Shown here piece by piece: positions 1-11,773 of a stretch of 64,000 nt of DNA; the first letter of the stretch is position 1; every line of letters begins with the position of its first letter. The notes below the pieces were generated by a model. The model did no database searches, was not told the DNA's origin, and saw only the letters and a list, made by a program, of their open reading frames with translations. Where the stretch lies: the NCBI GenBank assembly GCA_000004985.1, contig GG738856.1; one strand, given 5' to 3'. The position numbers and the translations under genes are program-made. The DNA comes from Naegleria gruberi (lineage: Eukaryota).

Positions 1-172
1 TGGTCTCTCCATAATCATATTGTAAATAACACTGTCAACTGAAGTCAAATCCTTCTTGAATAATTTCATGATGAGTTTGATGAAATCATCAAAATCGTTT
101 TTGGCCATTTCAGATGCACAGAACAAGAATGTTTCACTAATGAATTATAAGATGAAAACTATTCGAAATAAC

Positions 173-3100
173 TTACGTATAGAATGGATCAACAATAAAT
201 TGTTGAATTCTTTCCTTGAAAAATTCAAGCTTGTTCTTGGAAAATGGACCAGTTGCTCTCACTCTAAAATCACTGACAACAGATGTGTTAGCCCAGTGAC
301 TTGCTACAAGATATTGTTGGAAAGAAGTGTGACTGAAACGATATTTACCATCTCCACATGCCATAATTAATGGGAATTTACCCGAGTCAATTCTAGGTTG
401 AAGAACTTTCCATTGGTTTTGGAATTCTCCATTCGAAACTGCATGGAAAATCCAATCGTCACCCTTGGAAACTAAATCATTTTCTGCAGTGCTGGTAAAC
501 AAGCCACCATCACTGGTATTATTGAGAGATAATTTTCGAGCAACTTCAATAGAATTAGTAAAATCTTGAGAACTGAACGTATGTCTTCTCAATTTGTGTA
601 AAAAGATGGACACTTTTCTCAAGAATTCAATGAGGGTAATTTGCATTCTATTGACTTTCTGCTGATCTGACACCAACTTGGTATAGTGAAGTCTGGTAAT
701 TGTTTGGAGAGCATTTTGATAAATCTTGGATCTGATTTCTGGAAGGGAGCCATTTGTCTTGTACTCTTGAATGATGAGTGAAAGTAAAAGTGGATTCTTT
801 GCCAATTCTCTGTACTTTCCCTTGATTGCTGAAAAGAATAAACTATCCACAATGTTACGTTTCAGAGCAATCTTCTTTTGAATATCAAATGTTAAATTTT
901 CCAAAGTGGCAGCAATAAAGGAGGAGAAGAATTTTCTTGTTTTAGAATCAGCTTCAATACCACCCAATCTAGTTGTAACCATAAGTCCATTAGAGTTAGA
1001 AACTTCATCTGGAGGTGGGAATTGTTCAACCAGAGATAGCAAGAGTCTCTTCTTTTGTTGAGGAGAAGCAATTTCATCAATACCATCGAAAATGAAGAGA
1101 ACTCGTTGTTCCTTCATGGCTGTCATCAAGTAGTGTTCCAAAAGATTGACATACCTCACACTGTTACCATTGGCACTATTTTGCATACTGGCACCAGCAC
1201 TAGCTCTAATACATTTCAAACGGAAATCAGCATCGGCATTTCTCAAACTAGCAAAAATACCAGCAGGAATGAAGAGTGGAATGAGAATTCTGTCACCAGT
1301 GACTTGAGAGGATTTACGTTGCTCAATCTTCTTCTTGATGAATCTTGTGACCACCATCTTGAGCATTGAGGTCTTTCCTGATGAAGCATTTGAAGTAAGC
1401 AAGAATCGAAGATTATTAGAAGGAAGTGAAGAAATGAATTCTGCTCCATCTTCATGGAAAATATTCTTGTACTCTTCATATTCAACTTTTTCGTCTGTTT
1501 TACCATTCGAAAGTTCTTCAGAAAAATCTTCAATAATGTGAACTCTTCTTTCATTGTCGAATTCCTTGTCATCACTGGCTTGTGTAGTGGTGGTAGTAGA
1601 TGCACTGTTTGTTGAAGAGCCAGTTCCAATCAATTCATCAACCCAGTTCTTTCCATGTTGAATCAAATGAAGAGGAACACAATGCTCATCCACATATAAA
1701 GTTTCCTGACTGATTGGCTCGACAAACAGTCTTTCATTTTGTAAAATCATGTCCAAATATTGGCTTTCTGCTGTTTCATAAGCTTGTTCAGAGAGAGGTT
1801 TCAAATATTCTTCAATATCCCAATTCGATTCTCCAATAACAAGACAATTTTGAATCAGATTGAGTACGTCCAAGTTGAAAGGAAAACCTGCCTTTCTAAC
1901 TAGATTGTTATAACTGAGAACGGTAACAATACCTGTCCTTTCATCGTCCACAATGTCTACATCAAATCCTTGATTGGCTGTAATCATCTTCTTGAAACCT
2001 CTTTCAGCATTCTTTGGAATTTTGTCAAAATCCAAGTATTCTTGGTAAGCTTGTCTAAAGTTTGCCCAGGTTACTTCTTTCATTTCTGACCAACCACTTT
2101 GTTTCCAAAATTCTCTGGCCTTGTCCAATTCAATAGATTTGAGTGGGTCTCTAATTTTCATTAATCTAGCTCTTTCCAATTGTCCTAAAAGACTTGCCAA
2201 TTCTTTAACATCATTATCTATGAATTCATCACTTTTGGATGGTGTAGAAGGTGTATTTTGATCTATTTTTGGTATCAGTTCAGAAATTTCCTTATCCAAA
2301 TCACTAATAATTTCCTTAGCTTCTGGTCTATCGACTGGGTCAATCTTTAAACATCTGTCAATAATTCTAACTAAAACTTCATCATTATTCTTCAATCTTT
2401 GCATGATATATTCTGGATTATTTCTAATTTCATTGATTAAATCAGGAATTTCACTTTGGGAATACAAACAAAGCAATTGGAATAATAAAATACCCAAAGA
2501 CCAAATATCCACTGCCTCATCATAACGCTTACTTTCAAGCATTTCTGGGGCAATATATTTCATTGTACCCATGACAGTGTTCATGAGTTTTTCATCTTTC
2601 CTAGTGAAACCAAAGTCACAAACTTTGATCATTTGCTTATTCTTTGTAAGTAAAATGTTATCTGGTTTGATATCTCTGTGTGCAATTTTCTGACTGTGCA
2701 TATATTCCATACATTTACAAATTTGTTTAGTCCAACTCTTGATTATATCAGTTTCGAATGGACGTTGTTCACGTTGTCTTCTGGAAATTTCTAATTCCAA
2801 ACTTCCATCAATACAATATTCCATAACAATATAGAAACGAGTTTGTTCAACAATTGATCCCTTCTTTTTCTCTTCAAAAATGTAGTGATGTTTCACAATA
2901 TTTTCCTGTTGCAAGGTCAATAAAAATTGTAAATCTCTTCTTGCAGTTTCTATTAAAGAATTAATTTCAAATCAATTGATTGAGGAGAAAAACTTACCAA
3001 TTTCTTCTGGATCTTCACAAACAACCAACTTGATGGCCACGTTTGCATCTTCTCCCTCGAGTGGATTTTTGAGCTCTGCAGAAAAAACTGCTCCTTCATT

Positions 3101-3710
3101 ACCTCCACCAATCTTTTTAACAATTTTGAAATCTTTTAATGTTCTTTGAGTACTATTCTCGATTGTTGTACTATTCACAGTGGCAATGTCTTTCTTTTCT
3201 GTTGTTGTTGTTGTACTGTCACTTTCTTCACTACTATTGGAAGGTTTAGTTTCAGATGAAACCTCTGTTTCTTCTGGTTTCTTCTCGGTTGTATTAACTG
3301 TATTATTGTTAGATATGGTATTAGATGACTCGGATGATGATTTTTCAGTTTGAATTTCCTCTTTCGTCTCGTTATTTTCAGTAGACGAAACCTTTTCCAT
3401 CCCATTATTATTGATATCGCCATTATTATTATTGATAGCAGCAAGACTTCCATTCACACTACCACCCACCAATGAAGATGATGACGATCCGGCCGAATTA
3501 TTCATAGTCGGACTGACAGCTGTCGATCGAGGTGTTGTTCCTCCAGCACTATCAGCACCACCTCCACCTCCAACACTTCCATCATTACTTCTTGGTGAAT
3601 ACAATAGACTATTACTATTCCCTCCTCGTGGTGTTGTTGGTGAGGCCTCCACTTGCACCTTGTTGGAAAAACTCTCGTGCCTCTTGAGCGCGTTAAAAAT
3701 GCTATCAGAC
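173..3710 (-). CDS. Ser/Thr protein kinase fused to a NACHT-type P-loop NTPase (STAND). Two exons, 2998..3710 and 173..2949, with intron 2950..2997. It may continue past position 173 through a further 40-nt intron toward the window start.
   Basis: Kinase motifs: GxGxxG-like IGGGNEGAVF, VAIK, HRDIKPDNILL, DFGFT, APE-like. Downstream Walker A SSGKTSMLK, NACHT-type Walker B VLFIFDGIDE, and the winged-helix motif FSHTSFQQYLVA. GTAAGT donor and TAG acceptor join EEI|ETARRDLQ in frame. ATG at 3710 is preceded by an A-run. Confidence 0.7.
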
Positions 3711-3920
3711 ATTTTTTTTTTTTGGATGATGAAAATTGCTGTTGTTGATGGGAGGATGAGAATGAACGAATGAGGAAGGGACAAGAGACGAGATTTCAGT
3801 GATGTTTGTCTGAGGAAGTTCCCTGCAAAGAGTTTGAGAGAAGATTTTTTATGGTGGATTCGTGTGAGTTTTTTTTCGATTTGTATACAATGGTTGATTG
3901 TAATAAATTAAAGGATTTTA

Positions 3921-4943
3921 TTAAGGGGAAGCAAAATTAAATTGAAGGGAAGCATTTGGAATGGTAGGAGGGAGAGGTGGAGCCATTCCAATTGGATGTG
4001 CTGATATTCCAGATAAACTTCCAAGGGTTAACCATCTGAGCAAAAGAATGAGACCAATCATGGCCAAATAAATATAAAAGAATTTCAATGCCAAAAGTGC
4101 AATATTCAAAATAGCTTTGAAAGCAGACTCTAAAAATGTATCTTGTTGACTTGGTGTCATTGTAACAGTTCCAACTTTGAGTTGATTTTGTAATTGCATT
4201 TCAATCCAAGTTGATTTGATTAGTGAAATGTAGAGTTGTTGATTTTTGATAATTCTTGATGGAGAGGTGTTTTGTACATTGTTATTTACAGAATTTTCTC
4301 TTAGTGAGGTTGAAATTTGGTTAGTTTGATTCGAATGAGTTTCTAATAAATTATTTGAGGTATTGTTTTGAGAAATGGATGGAGGAGTGGAAATGGTAGA
4401 ATTCTCTGATAATGTTTGATTGAGGGTCACAATCGTAAACTGTTTCTTATTTGATTTGATGAGCAAAATGACTTGTTCATCAGTTTTATGGGAAAGAACG
4501 AAGAATGCAAAAACAAACAATCCAATCGTTGTAATTATCAATCCAATTCTTCTCTCATGAATCAAAACCATACTATAGTTGACAATTTTTTGGATAAAGG
4601 TGTTGCTTGATTGAGTAGTTGTTATCGTTTGATTATCATTGTCCATTTCCCTATTAGGAATTGATTTCAAAAAGGATTTTATCTTGTCCAGAACGGAAAC
4701 AAGACATAAACACAATACTAAACATAAGAGTATTGTCAGGTGATTAGGACCTGTCGCCGATGATGTTGTTTCTAAACCTGTTTCATCCACACTATTTGAC
4801 TTTCTATTACAAAAACTAAAGAATTGAAAGTTATGCGAAATTAACCAATCATACACCATTGAATGTATGGAAAATGGTGGTATGGCAGTCATTGAACAAA
4901 ACCACGACGATTCATCCATTACAATTTGATTATTACTGTTCAT
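3921..4943 (-). CDS. Hypothetical N/S/T-rich multi-pass membrane protein (3-4 hydrophobic helices)
   Basis: Long ORF with hydrophobic segments (LTILLCLVLCLCLVSVL, GLIITTIGLFVFAFFVL, ILNIALLALKFFYIYLAMIGLILLL). No recognisable family. First ATG at 4943; the ORF track start is a TTG. Confidence 0.4.
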   Translation of the reverse strand: MNSNNQIVMDESSWFCSMTAIPPFSIHSMVYDWLISHNFQFFSFCNRKSNSVDETGLETTSSATGPNHLTILLCLVLCLCLVSVLDKIKSFLKSIPNREMDNDNQTITTTQSSNTFIQKIVNYSMVLIHERRIGLIITTIGLFVFAFFVLSHKTDEQVILLIKSNKKQFTIVTLNQTLSENSTISTPPSISQNNTSNNLLETHSNQTNQISTSLRENSVNNNVQNTSPSRIIKNQQLYISLIKSTWIEMQLQNQLKVGTVTMTPSQQDTFLESAFKAILNIALLALKFFYIYLAMIGLILLLRWLTLGSLSGISAHPIGMAPPLPPTIPNASLQFNFASP

Positions 4944-6213
4944 TTTCAAATCTCAATGCTCGGAATCTATTTTTCAGTCAACTGCTAATTTGTCCTTTCG
5001 TTTTTATCAATTATTATTAATAATAAATAACCCTGAGAGAGCTCTTCAGAAGGAATGCTGTTGTTTTTTTTAAATATATCATCATGCTGGTTGTTGGCTT
5101 GGATTGATTCTTACCAAACTTCCAACATGCCTCAAAATGGCACTCCAACCAAGAATTGAAAAATTGGCGCGATAAATGGAAGATCCAAAAAGACCTCACT
5201 TGCCGAGCGCTGAAGGAGGAGAGAAATTGCTTCCGCTCTTAAGGAAAATCCACGCTTTATCTGCATCAGCAAGATGATGTTGTTTTTGAGCTTGTGTTGA
5301 GAAGGTTATGAATTGGCAGTTGACAGATATTGGAAAAAGTCCGTCTTATTGAAATATAAATTTCGCTCGTGGAAAATGAGGGTGTAATAATGTGAGAGTG
5401 TAAATTACCGATTAGTTCTGTTATCGATTCTCAATTTCATCACCCTGAATGCATCACTAGAAAATGATTGTCATTTGAGTTGATTAGTTTCGGAATTGAT
5501 TTCAAATTTTTCGAAAGGACATTAGAGAATCACCTCATGCTCACTAATCTCTCTCAGCAAATGTAACCTCATAATTAATCTGGGGATGACGCTTATTACT
5601 CAAAGTGCGATGATCAGCGCACTAAAATCGTGGCTTTTGGATTTTGATTGTTTTTTAATATATCCTTAAAGGAATGAGAAGTTTTCTTTGATAATCTCCT
5701 GTAGAATCTGTGATTTACAGTAAATTGAGAATGACAAAGCTTTTTCTGGGATTCAAACAAGGTCGATTTATAAATATTTAAAACAATTAAATCGGAACAA
5801 TTAAATAAGAGATAATATTTGTAAAATTATTTAGCAGCCAGAATGGAAGAGTCCCCTAATTATCTTTTTAATTTCCGAAATCTGTGGTTGTCGATCATAT
5901 TAATTTTTAACACGTTTATTCATCAGAAATACTGGCGTTCTCTCTATCATTTCTATAGAATTCGGGTAGCTCTTCTACGGGAATGAATGTAAGGGTATGG
6001 ATCTTCAATTCTATTGGAATAGAATTCATGAATTGAGTCAAAGTAGGTAGTGATCCCTTCTTTCCCGATGAGACTACTGTTTTAAAATCATCGATGCGAA
6101 TTTCCCATTTTTCAAAGTACTATTAATGCATAGTGATTATGTCAAAGTTCAGTGACTAGAAATTTAAGAGAAAAAGCCCAGGAAAAGATGCCAAATTACC
6201 TTAGAGTGTGAAT

Positions 6214-6975
6214 TTATTGTAACCAAGATTGACAAGTAGAAACAGCGTTAGGAGATGTAGTTCCAACTGGTGGGAATCTCAACCATTCTCTCATGGAAAC
6301 TTGTGAAACACCCAAAGTTGGATCGTGCATTGGCATGGTAGCAACACCTTGAGCCATACCAACTCCCCATTGTGGATGTTGCAAATCAAAGATAATAGTT
6401 CTGGCATAATCTAAATTTTGTTGAGCATCTCTCCAACCATCAATGAAAGTTTGTGAGCTAACTCTAATTGGAGCAGTGAATTGAGTATTATTGGATTTGT
6501 AAAAGAATGAATAATATCCGAATTGAGCAATAGCATCCTTAGGAATTGGATAATTAGTGAATGGATCAGTCTTGGATGAATCCAAAGCAACAACTGTCAA
6601 CATGTCAACATAAACCTTAACAAGTGGACTTCCAAAGAATCTACGGTTTGATGTAACAGCACCAACAACTGAATATCCTTCAAAACTACCCTTTTCTAAT
6701 CTGAAACTTGTTGGTAAATTGGAAGAATTGGTAAAATCAATGCCGAATCTTGTCTTGAAAAATTGCAAACCTTCATTCAAACGTTGAGCTGTGAATCGTT
6801 GAGTATTTAATGGATATTCTAAACGTTTAGGGATTAATTCAAAGGAAACAGCATCATCATATAAAAGTGTCAATTCAGCAATAAAATTCTTGCTTGGATC
6901 ACAAGTCACTTGTCCATATGTGAAATTTGCAAGAATTAATAATATTAATACATTAACAAGAAGAATAAACTTCAT
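6214..6975 (-). CDS. Secreted protein with a signal peptide; paralogous to the N-terminal domain of the 7653..9593 protein
   Basis: N-terminal signal peptide MKFILLVNVLILLILANFTYG. Shared motifs with the neighbour: GLQFFKTRFGIDF~TSFFRNQYGLDIS, FGYYSFFYKSNNTQFTAP~FGFYTFFWKVNGTSVFP, GMAQG~GMARG. Confidence 0.55.
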   Translation of the reverse strand: MKFILLVNVLILLILANFTYGQVTCDPSKNFIAELTLLYDDAVSFELIPKRLEYPLNTQRFTAQRLNEGLQFFKTRFGIDFTNSSNLPTSFRLEKGSFEGYSVVGAVTSNRRFFGSPLVKVYVDMLTVVALDSSKTDPFTNYPIPKDAIAQFGYYSFFYKSNNTQFTAPIRVSSQTFIDGWRDAQQNLDYARTIIFDLQHPQWGVGMAQGVATMPMHDPTLGVSQVSMREWLRFPPVGTTSPNAVSTCQSWLQ

Positions 6976-7652
6976 ATTGTACAAGAGGAGGAAGGAGAGG
7001 TGGTTAATAATTTACAAGAGGAAAGAAAGACCTTTCGTTTAGAATCGTTTTTTTTGTTCTGAGATTAGTTGTGTGGTGAACACTTCATTGTGACCGACAC
7101 GTTTGACAATTAAAAAGATATTTAACAACAGAATTGAGAAGTAGACTGCCTTTATTTATTTTGAAACCAATAAGAATCTTCTAATGACCAAAAGCCCTTC
7201 ATAAGATATTGTAAAGGTTACATGTTAATTATTGTAATGTCACCAATTATGAAGAAGGTACTCTTAATACATTACTTGATTGAGTTAATTGGGTAAGCAT
7301 CTCTTTTGAGGAAGGTAATATCTTGGGAAAATGTTTTACAAAAGTGCCAACTTGCCGGCTGTCATTTTTTTGAAATGGCAGTTGACAACCATTAAGAAGG
7401 TATTTAATGACCCGCTAATCTCATAGATCCTTTTTCTTTGCGCATGTTCCAACGTATTTCACAATCGAACCTTCAAAACCAGAGTCATTTCCAATAACAA
7501 AAAAAATCAAAACTAATCTCAATAACCTTTAGTTCACACTTTCTCTCTGTATCATTATTATTATCCACAAAGTGTTCAATTTACTCTAATTGATTCACTG
7601 CCCTGTACACTTCCACCTTGTAAAATATATTTCCTTGTAACAATATTAAATA

Positions 7653-9593
7653 ATGACCTCCAACAATTATTGTAAATTAACCATCATGATGTTTTTCATG
7701 ATGATATTATTCATGGCCTCTCTTTCCCATGCCTACTCTCCAACCACCGAAACTGATCCAGATGAATACGATACTCAATTCTCCCTCTCTCTAGTTTCGA
7801 ATACTTTAGGTTCTATTGAACCAGGTCCAGTAACCAGATATCCAGATGCCTACGAAAAGGCCACAAGTTTCTTCAGAAATCAATATGGTTTAGATATTTC
7901 TGCTGATGGATCTCGTCTCCCAGTTGGTGCTCAACTCGTTACTGGTTCTGCCTCAGCTTACGTTATGAATTATGCCAAAGTTCGTGGTTATCCAATTTTG
8001 GCAGGTTCACAAGATGTTGGAGTTCATGATGATACTATTAGTATTGTCCTTTCTCAACCAGCTGTTGTTCATGGAGCTTATGGTGGTAAGAATGGAACTT
8101 TTGTCGATGGAAATTCTGTTTTAATTTTTGGTTTTTATACTTTCTTTTGGAAAGTTAATGGAACTTCAGTTTTTCCAAGATCTACCTTTGCAGGAATGAT
8201 GCCAATGAAGATTGGTCCAGATGGTTCAATGGTTGTTGATTGTGAATTGACTTCTAATATATTTGGAAAGGGTATGGCTAGAGGAATTATGCTCATTAGA
8301 ATTAATCCTCTAACTGGTCAACCTTACACAACCATTGTTAGTTCACATACTTACCAAATGTCAAAGACTGATACATCTCCAAAATGTGCTGTATTGACAA
8401 CTGAAAAGGACATTCACAATGATGACTTTGTTGTCAAGTGGAATAATGTCTTGTTGAGCGTCATTCGTGATTTGAAAGTTGCTCCACCAATTGCCTCAAG
8501 ACAAATGGCCATTCTTCACACTGCCATTGATGATGCCCTTGGTAATTGCAGAAGATTGAGATATACTTCTAGAAAGTGTACTCGTGCTACTTTGGTTTCT
8601 GTTATTTCATATGCTGCTCATCGTGTCTTGTCCAATTTGTATCCAGCTCAAATTGATTGTTTCAATGGAGCTTTGAAGAGAGCTTTGGAATGTAATGAAT
8701 GTAAGACTGTTCCTAGAACTGAATTGGTTGCCATCGGTAAATCAGGTTCTTTGGCAGCTGACAGAGTTTTGAGATGTAGAGATAATGATGGTAGTACTGA
8801 TTTTGTTGATTATAATTTCTCTAATGGACCAATGTCTTATCAATCCCATGCTCCAAACTATGTCAGAGTTCCATTGTTACCTCAATGGCCAAATGTTGAA
8901 CCATTTGGTGTTCAAGATGTTGATTCTTTCGATCAAGGTCCTCCACCACAAATTGGAACTCCTGCATTCGAAAGTTCATACGATGAAGTTTTCACATATG
9001 GTAAGAATGATTCTAGTGTGAGAACATTTGAACAACGTAGAATTGCCTTGTTCTGGGCTGATAATGCTGGTACAAGTACTCCACCAGGTCACTGGAATAT
9101 CATTTTACAATCCATCATTAGAAAGATGAATATTGTTGATACTTTCAAGATTTCTGGCATGTTTAAGGTTTTGACTAGTTCATTGGCTGATGCTGCTATC
9201 GTCTGTTGGTATCATAAATACAAGTATGATGCCTTCCGTCCAGTTACTGCCATTGCCAACAGAAATAGAAATACTAATTGGTTCCCATTTTTGGCAACTC
9301 CTCCATTCCCAGAATATTCTTCAGGACACTCAACATTTTCTGCTGCAGGTGCCAGAGCTTTAAGTTTATTATTGGGAACTGATGATATTTCCTTTGAAAC
9401 CATTTCTGAAGGTTATGTTCATCATGTGAGACAGTTCAGTAAATTGTCAGATGCTGCAAAAGAAGCTGGTAAATCAAGAATCTATGGTGGTATTCACTTT
9501 GAATATGCCAACCAAGCTGGTTATACTTCAGGTGTTGCTGTTGCCAATGCTGTTTACAATCAGTTGTGTAGAAATGGTTCATGTCTCGTATAA
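7653..9593 (+). CDS. Secreted PAP2-superfamily enzyme (acid phosphatase / vanadium-haloperoxidase-like) with an N-terminal domain homologous to the 6214..6975 protein
   Basis: Signal peptide. PAP2 motifs KYKYDAFRP (Kx6RP), PEYSSGHSTFS (PSGH), SRIYGGIHFEYANQAG (SRx5Hx3D-like). Single 646-aa ORF starting at an ATG. Confidence 0.7.
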   Translation: MTSNNYCKLTIMMFFMMILFMASLSHAYSPTTETDPDEYDTQFSLSLVSNTLGSIEPGPVTRYPDAYEKATSFFRNQYGLDISADGSRLPVGAQLVTGSASAYVMNYAKVRGYPILAGSQDVGVHDDTISIVLSQPAVVHGAYGGKNGTFVDGNSVLIFGFYTFFWKVNGTSVFPRSTFAGMMPMKIGPDGSMVVDCELTSNIFGKGMARGIMLIRINPLTGQPYTTIVSSHTYQMSKTDTSPKCAVLTTEKDIHNDDFVVKWNNVLLSVIRDLKVAPPIASRQMAILHTAIDDALGNCRRLRYTSRKCTRATLVSVISYAAHRVLSNLYPAQIDCFNGALKRALECNECKTVPRTELVAIGKSGSLAADRVLRCRDNDGSTDFVDYNFSNGPMSYQSHAPNYVRVPLLPQWPNVEPFGVQDVDSFDQGPPPQIGTPAFESSYDEVFTYGKNDSSVRTFEQRRIALFWADNAGTSTPPGHWNIILQSIIRKMNIVDTFKISGMFKVLTSSLADAAIVCWYHKYKYDAFRPVTAIANRNRNTNWFPFLATPPFPEYSSGHSTFSAAGARALSLLLGTDDISFETISEGYVHHVRQFSKLSDAAKEAGKSRIYGGIHFEYANQAGYTSGVAVANAVYNQLCRNGSCLV

Positions 9594-9825
9594 ATAAAAC
9601 TAATCCAATAAGAATTTTCAATAATTCTGAACAAATTATTATTCCCTATACTCAAATCAATTGAACTATGTAAATAAAATTAATAATTTCACTTCAATTC
9701 ATTGAGAATTGACTTACTTAATATTTTTCAAATATTTTTGATGGAGAATCTTACAAAGGCGGGAAAATGGAATGTAGTGCGTACGCAGAAAATAAAAATA
9801 GATTCAAAAAAAAATACCTCGAAAA

Positions 9826-10563
9826 ATGATGCAACAACTCTTGACCATTTTGAATTTGTCTGCTGAGGATGCCGAAAACACTCTTCAAACAATTAAAACT
9901 GTGATGGATAAGCAATTGGGACAATTTTATAATTCTACAAAATGTGATTTTACTAAAACCATTCCATACGGTGATCTTTCTTATGATTTTGTGATTTGTT
10001 TGGAAAAGAAAATTAGTGATGAATTTATTTTGGAATGTTTCCGAGTTTTGAAGAATGGCGGATCTATTTTCCTTGCTAATAATAATGACAATTCTGATGC
10101 ATTGATGATGAACGGATTTTTAAGTATTACACAACAAGAAAGCGTTGTCAAAGCTACTAAACCTTCTTTGAATTTGGGATCCAGTTTCTCCCTCTCAACT
10201 AAACAAGCACAAACTGCTCCAATCAACACAACTACACAACAAACCAATGTCAAGAAGTGGACTTTGACAAATCTCGATGACGATGATGTTATTGGTGATG
10301 ATGACTTGTTGGAAGATGATGATTTGAATAATGCTAGCACTAGTGATGATTGTGGAACTGGTATTGGAGGAGAAAAGAAGGCCTGTAAGAATTGTACTTG
10401 TGGTAGAAAGGAAGGTGAAATTCCAGAGCCAACCGAATATGTTAGTTCTTGTGGTAACTGTTTTAAGGGAGATGCTTTCAGATGTGGAACTTGTCCATAT
10501 CTTGGTATGCCAGCATTTGAACCTGGTGAAAAACTTCAACTTAAGAACACTATGGATATTTAA
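9826..10563 (+). CDS. CIAPIN1: Anamorsin / Dre2 (CIAPIN1 family Fe-S assembly protein)
   Basis: C-terminal CIAPIN1 cysteine motifs [23 protein letters not shown] ... [31 protein letters not shown]-terminal methyltransferase-like domain; acidic linker. Confidence 0.8.
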   Translation: MMQQLLTILNLSAEDAENTLQTIKTVMDKQLGQFYNSTKCDFTKTIPYGDLSYDFVICLEKKISDEFILECFRVLKNGGSIFLANNNDNSDALMMNGFLSITQQESVVKATKPSLNLGSSFSLSTKQAQTAPINTTTQQTNVKKWTLTNLDDDDVIGDDDLLEDDDLNNASTSDDCGTGIGGEKKACKNCTCGRKEGEIPEPTEYVSSCGNCFKGDAFRCGTCPYLGMPAFEPGEKLQLKNTMDI

Positions 10564-10587
10564 AGCTATTTTAATTTACATATAAAC

Positions 10588-11571
10588 CTAGTTTGATTTG
10601 AGAAGCTTTCTAATACTCATCTTGATAATATCATCAACTTCCACTCTTGCTTGTCTCTTCTTATCCAATTCTTGAGTTGTGAGTTGAGCAAGGAATGGCA
10701 TAAAGTCTTGTTCAACTTGTCTATGTACAATATCGTAGAAGAAACCCTCTTCTTGCAGAGTTGTAAAAACATTGAGATCCAAATTTTCAAGATATTGATT
10801 TGCAAATTGTCTACTAGCCAATTTTCGTCTACATTCTTGTTCTCTTTGTAATCTTTGTCTTTCTTGTTCCTTACGACGCTCCTTCTCTTCAAATCTTCTC
10901 TTTTCAGCTGCTTCAAGTCTTTGAGTTTCTGCCAATTCAGCATTACGCTTTTGAGCAAATTCTTTCTTTTGTTGCTTGAGAGCTTCCATTTCTTCCTCTT
11001 CCAAAACTTCAAGCATTGATTGTTCTAATGTTTTTCCGATAATTACTTCCAATATTGGTGCAACCTCAAAGTCAAAATCAAACAAATCCTCTTCCACTTG
11101 AACACCTGTATCAACACCTGTTTTTGAGGGTATGAAAACTGGAGATTCAGGTCTGTCTTGAAAAGGATCTGTTTGCGTCCACACATCTGTTTCTTCAATT
11201 TCCTCCATATATGTTTCTGTTTGGATTTCAATATGTTTCCTACCATCAACCGGATCTAAATTTCTCTCAGCTAGTAATTGTTCTTGTAAATCTCTTTCTT
11301 GTCTTTGTTTTACTTCCAACAATTTTCTTTTTTGTAGTTGTTTTTCCCTCTTTTCTTCGAGCTCCATTTCAAGTTGTTGGTTTTGTGGTATTATTTGTTG
11401 AGCATAGGTATTACCTCTGTAAACTCTTCTATCATACATAATATTTCCAGTGTTATTCAGAGAGTTCCCTCGGCTAGATACTTCCGCAAAGGGATCTCTA
11501 TACTTGTTCTTCTTTGAGGAGTTGTTGACAGGCTTTGGCTCCTGCTGAAATGAATGAAATGCTGCTTGCAT
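10588..11571 (-). CDS. RSP3: Radial spoke protein 3 (axonemal)
   Basis: Conserved RSP3 segments NIMYDRRVYRGNTYA and ILEVIIGKTLEQSMLEVLEEEEMEALKQQKKEF, followed by a coiled-coil E/R/K-rich tail. ATG at 11571; the track start is a TTG. Confidence 0.75.
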   Translation of the reverse strand: MQAAFHSFQQEPKPVNNSSKKNKYRDPFAEVSSRGNSLNNTGNIMYDRRVYRGNTYAQQIIPQNQQLEMELEEKREKQLQKRKLLEVKQRQERDLQEQLLAERNLDPVDGRKHIEIQTETYMEEIEETDVWTQTDPFQDRPESPVFIPSKTGVDTGVQVEEDLFDFDFEVAPILEVIIGKTLEQSMLEVLEEEEMEALKQQKKEFAQKRNAELAETQRLEAAEKRRFEEKERRKEQERQRLQREQECRRKLASRQFANQYLENLDLNVFTTLQEEGFFYDIVHRQVEQDFMPFLAQLTTQELDKKRQARVEVDDIIKMSIRKLLKSN

Positions 11572-11773
11572 TTTTTTTACTTGTTTTAAAACTGACAAAC
11601 TGTAAGTTTTTAGTTCAAAAATGGCGCCATTTTATTTGTTGAGAGATGATGAAAAAGGGAAACTTAATACCTATGGCAAGATGATGAAATAAGGATTACG
11701 CAAAGATTATTAAAACATAATAGAAAAATATCATGATCAAATTATAGAATTTTTGGAATTATTTTTAATGTGT

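Noticed and set aside
56-370. 104-aa plus-strand ORF at the window start
   Set aside because: It overlaps, in antisense, the C-terminal coding region of the kinase-NACHT gene and has no homology or motif.
3411-3773. 120-aa plus-strand ORF (proline-rich)
   Set aside because: It is antisense to the S/T/G-rich N-terminal coding region of the kinase-NACHT gene; a low-complexity mirror ORF.
10617-11441. Several 60-130-aa ORFs overlapping the RSP3 gene on both strands
   Set aside because: They lie within the K/E/R-rich coiled-coil coding region of RSP3 and are alternative-frame artefacts.
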